In this document: positions 53,001-61,132 of the stretch, in pieces
Position numbering within the stretch: the first letter of the stretch is position 1
Layout: each line of letters opens with the position of its first letter
Assembly: GCA_965228855.1 (NCBI GenBank)
Contig: CBDDIJ010000005.1
Location: 192,001 to 256,000 of the forward strand
Origin: Candidatus Obscuribacterales bacterium
Lineage (GTDB): Bacteria; Cyanobacteriota; Vampirovibrionia; Obscuribacterales; Obscuribacteraceae
Direction of reading: 5' to 3'
Length of the DNA: 64,000 bases
Made by a program: the position numbers and the translations under genes
The notes under the pieces: generated by a model
Seen by the model: the letters and a program-made list of their open reading frames with translations, nothing else
Databases searched by the model: none
What the model was told of the DNA's origin: nothing

Positions 53001-53891
53001 ATCGTTAACAAGCTGTTCCGATTTGGTGAGACAGTTAGTGGCGCGAACTTCTTTTTCACAAAGGACCATCTCGGGTCAAATCGAGAGATGACAAATGCGA
53101 GTGGCGGAGTTGATTCACAGATTGGCTACGATCCATACGGTAGAAGAAGCTTGCTCCAAGGAAGCTCGTTGCCCCATTTTGGATACGAGGGCTACTACAT
53201 TCATTCTCGAAGTTCGCTAGATATTGCTCGCAATCGCTGCTACAGCAGCAGTATAGGCCGGTTCCTCAACCGCGATCCGATTCGCGAGTCCGGCGGAATC
53301 AATCTCTATTCTTTCGTTGGCAACAACCCAATCAACTTTACTGACGTTAGTGGACTTGAGCCGGTCTCGCCACCGGCCGGAAGCGGATTTAGCGGTCTTG
53401 GAGCAGCGCTCGCGAGATTATGCAGGTGCTGTTACAAAAACAAGAAAGACATCGATGCCTGTATCAAGCAGGGCAATACGATTGCCAACAATCTCAACTC
53501 ACTCTGGAACACGAATTACGGGCAGGGGCCTTGGTCATCAGATCCTGAAAATGCTGGTGGTTACATGTGCTACGATTGGGCACAAGGCTTCATTGCTACG
53601 ATTGGAGCACTGGGCTCTGGAGCCAGTATGTTCAATGCAAGCATCGTGGAGTTTGCGGCCCCTCCTGAGGGGATGATTCAGCCTTTGCATTATGCTGTCA
53701 ATATCGCCACAGGAGCCAATCGCAAGTGTTCGCTCATGATCGATGACTCATTCTTAGGCGATGGAAGTATTCACGTTCCACCTTGGAATACGCAACCTTA
53801 TGTAAATACAGGCAGGAACGGATTTAGTCCGTCCTTACCGCATGCACCAGGCTCCCAAGGACCGTTTCCGCCGTTCCCCGCCCTTCCGTAA
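47094..53891 (+). CDS. RHS/YD-repeat protein with signal peptide, TPR, C39-like peptidase and a variable C-terminal domain
   Basis: CGPYAL...VHWKVGHF...DP, YD repeats, core DPIRESGGINLYSFVGNNPINFTDVSGL. Confidence 0.92.
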   Translation: MELHQNLKTRKLTTLFCVVLLLSALIAPGNAIEQDSGPKTVKVRKGSTSVRLFKPQLEIPENPTDEDIASARVFPERLRPTSSSEALVAENQKLKEAIMAFKAKNNKEDLSDLEHFIGSFPKSRWNPAIQLNMAKLRFETGYFSDALSLYQTAWNTLKNENGSQQSTLANEVLSELMVLSARLGRRDELKTYLQETNGRTLYGSMEEQIDDARTGFKYMETSPQLAYKCGPYALNSILNLKGLTKGRHPVIEQASSTHQGTNLLQLKNWARQCGLDFQIAKRSLGAPVLIPSVVHWKVGHFGALVKNHNGRFQVSDPTFDTDGNFWLSEKALDTECDGYYLVQNGPLPVGWEAVSDSEGSRVWGKGEAKGRDNDEHTPPCPKCYECGKNGGMARATAFKMLATLQIEDTPIEYTPPVGPQMDFTLTYNHLETNQPSSPAFTTFGPDWNFNWLSYLTIDASGNATVRVRGGGSEVFNYTQPNNVSNPYAPNLLSQAILAITDKERYERQLPDGSVEVFDQPDGTGRFFMTKVIDPQGNTVSIQYNTNFRIETITDAIGQATELQYLANQVSNVDYFKVKSISDPFSREATLTYDASKIHIVTITDVISLQSKFLYEPASSFILTMSTPYGITSFQNYVPKSDLNHTDPLATAALAKGIRFTYPDSTAMVVENWLNFAQRSYYWDRHAMELYPGDPSANIYAHCEQTQWQMIYGSTILESSVPDWVKLPLESRITYQYDEQVPHGNLHYTGTSNRPISVSRTITGGATQKSEFQNNAFGRVIQSKDPIGRKKNFYYAANNIDLLEVRQTRGSNNDLLEKWQYNDKHLPLVYIDGSGQTSTFSYNANGQILTFTDQDHKVTTYGYTGNYLTSVDGPLTGDKDKTTLSYDGYGRLYQITDSVGYTLTYDYDAANRVTKTTYPDGTFEELLYDRLDVVASKDRIGRWTTSSYNSLDELVKMTDPLGRSTEYSWCSCGSLVSLTDGAGNKTRWHHDLQGRTIQKIYADQSSYQFEYEDSCSSGRLKRRTDALNQRTDYLYNLDDTLSNINYSNLAVPLSTSNVALTWDQNYERISTITNGWGTLTYAYNSFVTNPYATPIFGGGKLRTVTNNVIANSGIEYFYDKVGRQIKREIDGASNPVTWAYDAMSRVTSEANALGTFNYSYVDQNATGGDRGTTRLAKIDYPSPNNQDTYFSYYGNTGDQRLERISNQASSGSIISQFDYGYDPAGQITEWQQFQNNKKLCYNLDYDSAGQLVSAQAGSGSFSPPFAREHVYSYDFGANRSSVQNSAVETIQISGTKKTGDILTITIFDTGLSGGQKVITYTVGPSDTLASIAQSLVNLINQDSSLQSVGINAVSAGPLGPPCVTIRSVSRNTTTYATSVSFGSTETMKSIVWGNGTSNIIISGAKTAGDVISITVRDATLTQTVSYQVQSTDTLISIAVGLKNAINANSTLTAAGITATSGSSGIDGVLSVSSSSINATNYSLATSANSTESLVLRPNMNNDQRVPISFGIYPSGRDFSIRVFDKSLPGGMQEFNYTTQTSTSSSSIETVLAVLINSNPYMIQSQIYADAGSGVNITSKSINKTSIWAGLPDYSTGVVTWYSIFPERQQGQTITIGGTITTNDTISLDIYSGSPTPRTVNYTVPSGATTTSVAAGLAALMPNAISSSTVVYFLEAPPATVVARLNSGATETVTVGPAIGSERSFCNNANELVGQTTGGPVAVQAAFNRPVSAAEVNSNVILLNCKSPNSTTYSVSASSGTESIALGSNFSGNTTVKIGGTGSSAQTMSLTVHDSRLAGGTKTISISTPGVGISLSATAALLSAAVNSDLELSAIGVGAENNSNASLQDAQHAAGSAQFADSQNELRIKVSSDPNLFTQVIPVTGSSSQKTFTHDANGNLTSDGTNTYEWDAENRLIKISYPGTNNYSQLTYDGTSRLCKIVETVSGTVTETRQIVWSQLAKCEIRDGSGTIVNKLFRFGETVSGANFFFTKDHLGSNREMTNASGGVDSQIGYDPYGRRSLLQGSSLPHFGYEGYYIHSRSSLDIARNRCYSSSIGRFLNRDPIRESGGINLYSFVGNNPINFTDVSGLEPVSPPAGSGFSGLGAALARLCRCCYKNKKDIDACIKQGNTIANNLNSLWNTNYGQGPWSSDPENAGGYMCYDWAQGFIATIGALGSGASMFNASIVEFAAPPEGMIQPLHYAVNIATGANRKCSLMIDDSFLGDGSIHVPPWNTQPYVNTGRNGFSPSLPHAPGSQGPFPPFPALP

Positions 53892-53896
53892 GCAAG

Positions 53897-54742
53897 TTAG
53901 GATGAGGGCTTTCCACTTGGAGATGTCGACAAAAAATAGAAGAAGTCGACGGTCTTGTTCTTTCCTTCAGTTGCGAATACGAAGTCCAGAGCACCCGGCA
54001 CGTAGATTCCCTTAAGGAGAGAATAGGGCGCCTTCTTCAGTACTTCGAACGCTGATTCGTCCACCGACGTTGAACCGCTCGGACAAATTATTTTCACCTC
54101 GACACATTTAGAGTCTTGACCGATAAAAACGAAGCAACGAGTAAGCACCAGACCTTCGCTCTCGGGCGGTGACCAGGACTCGATTACCTCAGTCTTGAAT
54201 CTGTCGATTTGTTTCTGGATGGCCCGTTTCGGATCAGTACTAGAATGATTAGACCTCGCTTTTCTTCCTTGGATTACGGCCAAAATCTTCTCAGCTTCAG
54301 GATTCCGTTTGTCTTTGGACAGCGAAATCGCTCTTTTACAATGTAGTTCAGCATCGACTAATCGCGGATTCGGACTCCTCAAAAAAACGCTGGACAATGC
54401 AAGATGACCGGTTGGATCGAGTGGTTTATGCTTAAGAATCCGCTCCCATGCCCAGATCAAATGAAGATAGTGCGCACGCGCTGTTGCTAACTGATCAGCT
54501 CTCGTATACGCTAGAATCGCCTTTTCAATGTCGCCCTGCTCCTCATACTTTTTGCCTTGGGCCAGCTCAGACCAGAAATCGACGAGATCCTTCTGTGTCG
54601 ACTGTTTTGGTCTGGCTACTGCTGTGTCAGATCCTTTAGAGTCAGCAGGTAACGCTAAAGCCAATGAACTGGTCATCGAGAAGACTAGCGTCAAACAAAT
54701 CAGTGCTTTCAACAAGAAATCCTCTAAACGATTAAGAAGCAA
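53897..54742 (-). CDS. exported TPR protein with a TonB/TolA C-terminal-like domain
   Basis: Signal peptide, TPR-like helices, WSPP...PSGSTSVDESAFEVLKKAP. Confidence 0.75.
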   Translation of the reverse strand: MLLNRLEDFLLKALICLTLVFSMTSSLALALPADSKGSDTAVARPKQSTQKDLVDFWSELAQGKKYEEQGDIEKAILAYTRADQLATARAHYLHLIWAWERILKHKPLDPTGHLALSSVFLRSPNPRLVDAELHCKRAISLSKDKRNPEAEKILAVIQGRKARSNHSSTDPKRAIQKQIDRFKTEVIESWSPPESEGLVLTRCFVFIGQDSKCVEVKIICPSGSTSVDESAFEVLKKAPYSLLKGIYVPGALDFVFATEGKNKTVDFFYFLSTSPSGKPSS

Positions 54743-55004
54743 GATCTATTGTATACCAGATTCTAACTGGTCGCAGACTAGTGCAAGGCTGGCATAGCCA
54801 CCACCAGTAGTATCTCTTAAACATCAATCTGTTCAGCTTCATTTTTACTCAAAAACACCGGTCTTCGTATCCTCTTTTCAGGATTACATATCTGTTGTAT
54901 GATTCGCGAAAAGACAGATATAATCGTACTTTTACGCATTATCACCCGTTTTTAATTTTCAATTCGCGTCTACACAAACGCCTACATAATGGGGGAGTTT
55001 TCGG

Positions 55005-56165
55005 GTGCCCAAGATAAGCGACAAATTAATGAGTGATATCACGAAACCTGATCGTGGACAGAAAATTTACCGCGACAGCGAGCTTAAAGGATTCGGCTTG
55101 AGGGTGACTCCAGGCTCGATGTCGTACATCGTCGAAAGTCGAGTCAATGGAAGCTCTCGCAGGGTCACGATTGGGAAGTGTGATGAGATGACTCCAGAGA
55201 AGGCTCGCAGAGAGGCACGGCGCATTCTCGGCGAGATGTCTCAGAATAAAGTGCCAACCGCGAAGCAGTCCACTGTCACTCTGCGAGAGGTTCGCGATCA
55301 GTTCCTTGAAGTGAGAAAGTTGAAACCGAACAGCGTCAGAAGTTATCGAAGTCTCTTGGATCGGTGTGTCTCGGATTGGCTCGACCTGCCGATCACGAGC
55401 ATCACTTACGAGATGGTTCAGACCAGACACAAAGAACTCACGAAAACATCGAGACAGGGAACAAGCGGGCAGTACCAGGCGAATGCCGTCCTGAGAACGG
55501 TGGGCTGCCTGATCAACTTCGCAGCGGATAACTTCGAGGATGCTGATGGACAGTCGATCATCGTCGCCAACCCTGTCAGGAAACTCACGAAGAACAGAGG
55601 ATGGCATAAAGAGCATCGCCGCCGAAACATAATCCCGGACCACAAGTTGCAGAATTGGTATCAAACTGTGATGTCGATTAGGCAGCACAAAGTCCGCGAC
55701 TTTCTTCTGTTTGTTTTGCTGACCGGCTTGCGAAAAAATGAGGCTGCAACGCTTGTATGGAAGGATGTCGATCTAGACGATCCATCAATTCTCATCAGAC
55801 ATGACGTGGCGAAGAACGGCGAAGAGCATCGGCTTCCGTTGGGCCCGTTTCTTGTATTGCTCCTCAAGCAGAGGAAGGTGCATACTGGAAATTCAAAATA
55901 CGTCTTTCCAGGTCAGAGTGGCAATGATCACCTTATCGACTGCGGCGATATCGTCGAAAGAGTGATCAGGGATACTGGACACCACTTCGTACTGCACGAC
56001 CTCAGGCGTACCTTTATACGAATCGAAGACTGGCTTCTTGTCTGCTTCCCGGGAATACTAAAGCGACTAGTATTAGGCCGACACAAAATTATTTGGCAAA
56101 AGTCTCTCAAAGTTATTGACACATTCCGAAGCGCGGAAATCCGGCGATGTAGTCGCGGTTTTTAA
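55005..56165 (+). pseudogene. P4-type tyrosine integrase truncated after box II
   Basis: YRDSELKGFGLRVT arm domain, LLTGLRKNE, AKNG, HDLRRTFI, then unrelated sequence with no L(L/G)H...Y catalytic Tyr. Paralogue of 14622-15880. Confidence 0.88.
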
Positions 56166-56549
56166 TTCTTTTCGTCCTTTAATGAGTCGACAAAAAAGGC
56201 GATAGCGTGGAACTATCACTTTCTCTGTGGACTCATAAGATGCGATTGTTAGCTGTGCGTTTCTATCGATCGATTATTGGTGCGCCGTAATTGTGTGTAC
56301 ACGGTCTCCGAGTGGTGAAGCAGGCGATCAACTAATGTGACTACGCATGCGGCATTCGGAAAGATTTCTGACCACTCCGTGCTGCCGATCTTCGTCGGTC
56401 GAGAATTTCCTGAATTGAATTACTGTGGATCTTTCCTTGACCGAGAGCTTCGTGAAGCGCCGCTTCTAATTTCGACTACCACCTCCTGTGCCTATTCAGT
56501 TCTCGCAACGCGCCATTAATGAACTACGGGTGGTGCCAAAAAAACTCGA

Positions 56550-56720
56550 CTTGGCAAGACAATGATTGCCCAAAATCTAGCACAAAAAGCCTTGATGCAG
56601 GGCGTCACGACCAGGTTCATCAAAGCCAGCGACATGCTAAACGAACTCACTGAATGCGACGGTTCGCGCGAACGCAGAAAATGTCTGAATAAGTATTCAA
56701 ACACCGGACTACTCGTCACC
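56550..56720 (+). pseudogene. istB: IstB (IS21 helper ATPase) fragment
   Basis: LGKTMIAQNLAQKALMQGVTTRFIKASDMLNEL...LLV. Confidence 0.75.
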
Positions 56721-56777
56721 AAGAAAGAACCATCACAAAGGCAAGAAGCCGTCTCTGAGCGTTTCCGACCTGCAAGC

Positions 56778-57070
56778 TTACTCCGCTGCTTGATTTGCTT
56801 TTTCTTCCAAAAACGAAAGTGTAAAGAGGTCTTCGATTTGCGTTCTCTGTTCGAGCATTGGCAAGCGGTCCCTCGCGAAATTCTCTAATCGATGGTGAAT
56901 CATATCGTCACAAAGAAGCCACTGAACGCGCGGCCAAAAGCGCCGCTCTTTCAACTCTGCCTTTCTCATTTGCGCGGCGAACGGGCACCGGCTTTGGTGC
57001 GAATCGGTAGTGGGCGGCGAGAGAAAGCAGGTCGGGATTGAAATGAATTGCATCTCCAACTCGTTCTAGA
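56778..57070 (-). pseudogene. istA: IstA (IS21 transposase) fragment
   Basis: [41 protein letters not shown]. Confidence 0.8.
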
Positions 57071-57125
57071 AATATTGGAACCGGCGACCACCGCGCCAAA
57101 AATCTCGACGCGCAAATGGACCACA

Positions 57126-57476
57126 CTAGGCACTGCATATGGTGCAGCGCACTTGGTGCTCAATTTGTATATCGGTCAAAGATGATGGTTTGGTGGACCC
57201 GACAAGCAAACCACTTCTAGGAGCGGATTGAGAACCCTGATGCGTCACGCTTGGAATCTCATGCTCGCCGCGAAATTTTTTCTGTCGACGGCGATGCACT
57301 TCCTCTCCGGCTTCCGTCTGTTGATATCTTCTGCTGGCCTCCCTCTGCGAGCGCTTCCGCGCTTTATTACGACATGGAGTAGGACAGTAAATATTTCCAC
57401 GATCGCAATTTAAACAGACGAAAGTCTGCTTAAAGCAAAACGCGCAGTTGAAGAGCCGGTAGCTTGAATCTAGCAA
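57126..57476 (-). CDS. Cys-rich Zn-finger protein of the type found upstream of some IS21 transposases
   Basis: RLFNCAFC...[12 protein letters not shown]...RRYQQT...THQGS, directly upstream of the istA fragment. Confidence 0.6.
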   Translation of the reverse strand: MLDSSYRLFNCAFCFKQTFVCLNCDRGNIYCPTPCRNKARKRSQREASRRYQQTEAGEEVHRRRQKKFRGEHEIPSVTHQGSQSAPRSGLLVGSTKPSSLTDIQIEHQVRCTICSA

Positions 57477-57880
57477 TGATTAGCAGCAAAGGCTGGACAG
57501 ATCAGCGCTCGATCAAGGACACTACCTTTGCTTTGTTGAATCTAGCGAAGCATCTAGGGGTTCGAGTGACAGCTCGGACCTCTAACCTTTTGCAAAACAA
57601 ATTTCTCAAAAATCCAACTTCGACAACGGATTTCTATATCTGGTCGATAGTCGATGTTGCGAACTTCTTCATGCTCGCCGGATAGTCGCGGATCTAGATC
57701 GCCGTCGACAGGCACGACTATTTAACGCGAAAGTCTCCCTTGACGTGGTACAACAAAAATGGGACAGGTCATTAGGACTCTGTATTTGTAAACAAAGTAA
57801 AGCACAAATAGAAGGGATAATTTATCCCTCCAATTCTCTACACCGCCTCTACAGAATCAAATTTCAAACTGCGAAAACTA

Positions 57881-57954
57881 TCGGGACGACAGGATTCGAA
57901 CCTGCGACCTATTGCTCCCAAAGCAACCGCGCTACCAAGCTGCGCTACGTCCCG
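57881..57954 (-). tRNA. tRNA-Pro(UGG), CCA not encoded
   Basis: Full cloverleaf CGGGACG TA GCGC AGCTTGGTA GCGC G GTTGC TT-TGG-GA GCAAT AGGTC GCAGG TTCGAAT CCTGT CGTCCCG A. Confidence 0.97.
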
Positions 57955-57998
57955 GTGGAGTTCAATATATCACACTGAACGGGGCATATGGGAGCCCG

Positions 57999-59339
57999 TC
58001 AGATAGGCTCCTTAACACTCACCGGCGCTTTCAATGTTTCATATCCTGGAAACGAATCAGTGGCGTGCTGAGTGGCTGCAGGCGCGTCCTCCGAGTTATC
58101 GACCGGCGCCTTAGCCGCGACTTTCGTATCGCCCGCGAGACTACTATCAGCCATTGGCGTCGTAGTCGTCAACAGGTCGTTTTGTTGCAGATACTCCTGG
58201 AGCGTGTCGGCGACAAACTTGTGACCCAGGCTGGACAAGTGAACTCGCAAGAACAAATCTTTCTGCTGCGGCTGCTTTTTGAAAGCCTCGCTCAAATCGA
58301 GCAATCCGAAACCATGCTCTTTGCCGAGCGCGGTCAGTTCGCCCGCTAATTGTTGCGATGCCGTTCCCGTCGGATCGGGGAGCAGCATGACAACAAGCTT
58401 GCTACCGGTCTTTGCGCATTTTTCCGAAAGTGCCACCACAAGTGCGTCGGTCACCTTGGTCGGATCTTGCTCGGCATAGGAGGGTCCAGGCACTTCGGCT
58501 TTCGGATCTTTGCCTTGAAGAAACGCTACCACGCGCTGGAAATTTCCGCGCCACTTGAAGTAAACCCGCTCGTTGTTGTTGAGCGCCATGTCGGTTTGAG
58601 TCAGAACGCCATAGATGCGACTGTTCAATTGCAACCAATTGATCGCCTTAGCCCAGGCATTGTTTTCGGCGCCAGGAGCGTAGTACCAGTCGATTACCGA
58701 ATTGTCTTGCTGGAGTTTTCCTTCACTGTCGATGTAGAAATACGGACGTGGCTGCGCTTTATTGCGCTTCTTTGGATCGACGATGTTGGCGCTTGTGTTT
58801 CCCCAATGCATAAGGACAACGGTGACATCCGGCTTGTACTGCTCAACTTCATGCGTGTATTGAACGTATTCTTGAGCTGTCGAATAACCCGAGCACGCGA
58901 AGTTAATAACTTCAAAGTTGTGAGATGCACCTTCATTCAATTGCATCTCCAGACGGCGCGCATAGACATCCTGCAACGGCACCTGTAGCCCCTCTGAGTG
59001 AGAGTCTCCAAGGACTGCGATCCGTTTTACCCCGGTCGGTTTCGCAACCGTATGCTCAATGTCTCGATAACCGATAGAATTGAGATTATCTGCGGAGAAG
59101 CCCTCCATCCGCCAGATTATGTTTTTGCCCGGCAAATGGGTGGTGCCCAAAGTTTTGCTCGGAGTCAAAAACTCCTGACCACCAACTCCAGAAATACGGA
59201 AGACACCTTCCAAAACCGCAATACCGACAATCAAACAGACAAGCGCTTCGGCAGCCGTTCTCCACAAGGGCTTACGCGGCACACCAGGCGTGTACCATTC
59301 TGCTACTTGTTTCTTTTCTGGTGGGGCTACTGTTTGCAT
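57999..59339 (-). CDS. SGNH/GDSL-family protein (polysaccharide O-acylation partner)
   Basis: TM anchor, RIAVLGDSHSEG, EVINFACSGY, HLSSLGH. Confidence 0.88.
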   Translation of the reverse strand: MQTVAPPEKKQVAEWYTPGVPRKPLWRTAAEALVCLIVGIAVLEGVFRISGVGGQEFLTPSKTLGTTHLPGKNIIWRMEGFSADNLNSIGYRDIEHTVAKPTGVKRIAVLGDSHSEGLQVPLQDVYARRLEMQLNEGASHNFEVINFACSGYSTAQEYVQYTHEVEQYKPDVTVVLMHWGNTSANIVDPKKRNKAQPRPYFYIDSEGKLQQDNSVIDWYYAPGAENNAWAKAINWLQLNSRIYGVLTQTDMALNNNERVYFKWRGNFQRVVAFLQGKDPKAEVPGPSYAEQDPTKVTDALVVALSEKCAKTGSKLVVMLLPDPTGTASQQLAGELTALGKEHGFGLLDLSEAFKKQPQQKDLFLRVHLSSLGHKFVADTLQEYLQQNDLLTTTTPMADSSLAGDTKVAAKAPVDNSEDAPAATQHATDSFPGYETLKAPVSVKEPI

Positions 59340-59427
59340 TTCGCTTTGTCTGGTTCTGTATCTAATCTGTGGATTGTGTTTGAACTATTTCGTGAAATCA
59401 ACTGTGAGGTGAAACCGCTACCAACTT

Positions 59428-60915
59428 CTAAAATTGGAAATAGACGAAGGGCTGTACATGTCCCGGCGCATAAGCCAGAATGGCAATTGCGACTGCCGAG
59501 TATGTGACTGCCTTCATTGGAACCGATTGATTCCAGAAATTCGCAATTTGCATTGCCACCGCTGGCAGTGCCAGTTCTTTCTTGTTCATATACTCGACCC
59601 ATGCATGAATCGCGCAGAACAGACCATATGCCACCATCGTGATTGGCAGAGTCGAGTTGAAGAACGTGGTTGTAATCTCCCCAGCCGGTGAAGAACCAAA
59701 ACCGCGCTCATACATTTGAAAAGCGTGAGTCACGCTCGGAGCTCGGAAAATCACAAGCAACACGGTCCACGTCCAGAAGGTCGCGATCACCGCAGACCAG
59801 TGCCACCATGGTGTCGGTTTCATCTTAGAAAGTGTGGGGTGTTTATCTGTAAATTGTTGCCAGTCGCGAGTGACTGCAAGAATGACACCCTGGATGCAAC
59901 CGAAGAACACATAGTGCCAGGCCGCTCCGTGCCACAATCCGCCAAGAGCCATTGTCAAAAACAGATTTCGACGTTGCTTCCACGGACTGCAATGCGAACC
60001 ACCCATCGGGAAATATAAATAGTCGCGCAGCCAGGTGCTGAGCGAGATATGCCAACGCCGCCAGATTTCCAGGAAATTAGCGGACAAAAATGGGAGGTTG
60101 AAGTTGATCGGGACACGATAGCCGAAAAGCAGCGCCGACCCGCGCCCAATGTCAGTGTAGCCGGCGAAGTCGAAGAAAACCTGGAAAGTAAATGCGAAGA
60201 AAACGATCCATGCATCCATCGTTCCCAACGCGGCCGGATTGGCATAGCCAGGGTCGACAATCATCTGGGCAAGCACGTCTCCGAGACATACTTTCTTGAA
60301 CAGCCCTTGAAGGATCAAAAACATTCCATCGTTAAAATCTTTAGTCGAGAACACCGGTGGATGAACAAGCTGTTTCGAAAAATCCTGAAAACGCTTGATT
60401 GGACCGGCGATCTGCGACGGAAAAAACGCACCGAAAAGAGCGAAGTCGAAGAAATTCTTCATCGGCTTGCTGCCCTTGTAGACATCGACAACGTAGTGGA
60501 TGAACTCGAATGCAAAGAAAGAGATGCCCAACGGAAGCAGGATATCGTAGACCGGAGCCTGACTCATGTTTGCGAGTTGAATGCCGGTGGTTTGATTCAA
60601 CGCCTTCAGGCCCTGCCACACGCTGTCCAAAAGGAAGTTTGTGTACTTGAAGAAGCACAAGCAACCAAGGTTAGCAACGACGGCAATTGTAAGGAAAAAT
60701 TTCTTGCGCTTCTCGGCACCAGCGATAAGCAAACCGAGGAAATAGTTGACGACGGTCAAGCCGAACAACAGCAAGCCGTACTTCGGCAGCCAGCTCATAT
60801 AGAAGATGTAGCTCGCAACAAGCAGCAATATCTTACGGAATTTATTAGGGAGCACCCAATAGAGTCCGAAGACGATTGGTAAGAAGACGAGATAGTTGAA
60901 GCTGCTAAATAGCAT
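59428..60915 (-). CDS. MBOAT O-acyltransferase (AlgI/DltB-like)
   Basis: MLFSS, LPLGISFF, IAGPI, FDFAGYTD, WRRWHISLSTWLRDYLY, GLWHGA. Confidence 0.95.
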   Translation of the reverse strand: MLFSSFNYLVFLPIVFGLYWVLPNKFRKILLLVASYIFYMSWLPKYGLLLFGLTVVNYFLGLLIAGAEKRKKFFLTIAVVANLGCLCFFKYTNFLLDSVWQGLKALNQTTGIQLANMSQAPVYDILLPLGISFFAFEFIHYVVDVYKGSKPMKNFFDFALFGAFFPSQIAGPIKRFQDFSKQLVHPPVFSTKDFNDGMFLILQGLFKKVCLGDVLAQMIVDPGYANPAALGTMDAWIVFFAFTFQVFFDFAGYTDIGRGSALLFGYRVPINFNLPFLSANFLEIWRRWHISLSTWLRDYLYFPMGGSHCSPWKQRRNLFLTMALGGLWHGAAWHYVFFGCIQGVILAVTRDWQQFTDKHPTLSKMKPTPWWHWSAVIATFWTWTVLLVIFRAPSVTHAFQMYERGFGSSPAGEITTTFFNSTLPITMVAYGLFCAIHAWVEYMNKKELALPAVAMQIANFWNQSVPMKAVTYSAVAIAILAYAPGHVQPFVYFQF

Positions 60916-61132
60916 GGTTTCCGGCTGTTCTCTGGAAGAGGTCAAGCGATAGCCGATGATAGCACGACAAGCCAAGAGCTACCTTTTAGCATTCACATAA
61001 TTAGGTCCGCTTAAGAATGAGGCAGATCTGTCGGGATTGAAGCCAAACCGTTCAGGGCTGCTAGACCTGACTGTTTCGAATTAGTGAAAAAGACCGCGAA
61101 AGGAGTCTGAGGCAGATTACAAACGGAACAAA

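Larger units (their letters stand above)
20807..57926. mobile_element. composite genomic island B (about 37 kb) integrated at tRNA-Pro(UGG)
   Basis: Bounded by the intact tRNA and its 3' duplicate; carries integrase remnants, IS elements, defence and toxin genes. Confidence 0.8.

Noticed and set aside
53897..54742. RHS immunity gene
   Set aside because: It is on the opposite strand and has a TPR plus TonB-C architecture, unlike a co-transcribed immunity gene.
14402..57954. Prophage or conjugative element
   Set aside because: No capsid, terminase, tail, relaxase or VirB4/VirD4 genes were recognised.
60049..60882. 277-aa plus-strand ORF, and similar shadows opposite katG, ARH, SGNH and SH3 genes
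   Set aside because: Antisense shadows of well-supported genes with no recognisable motifs.
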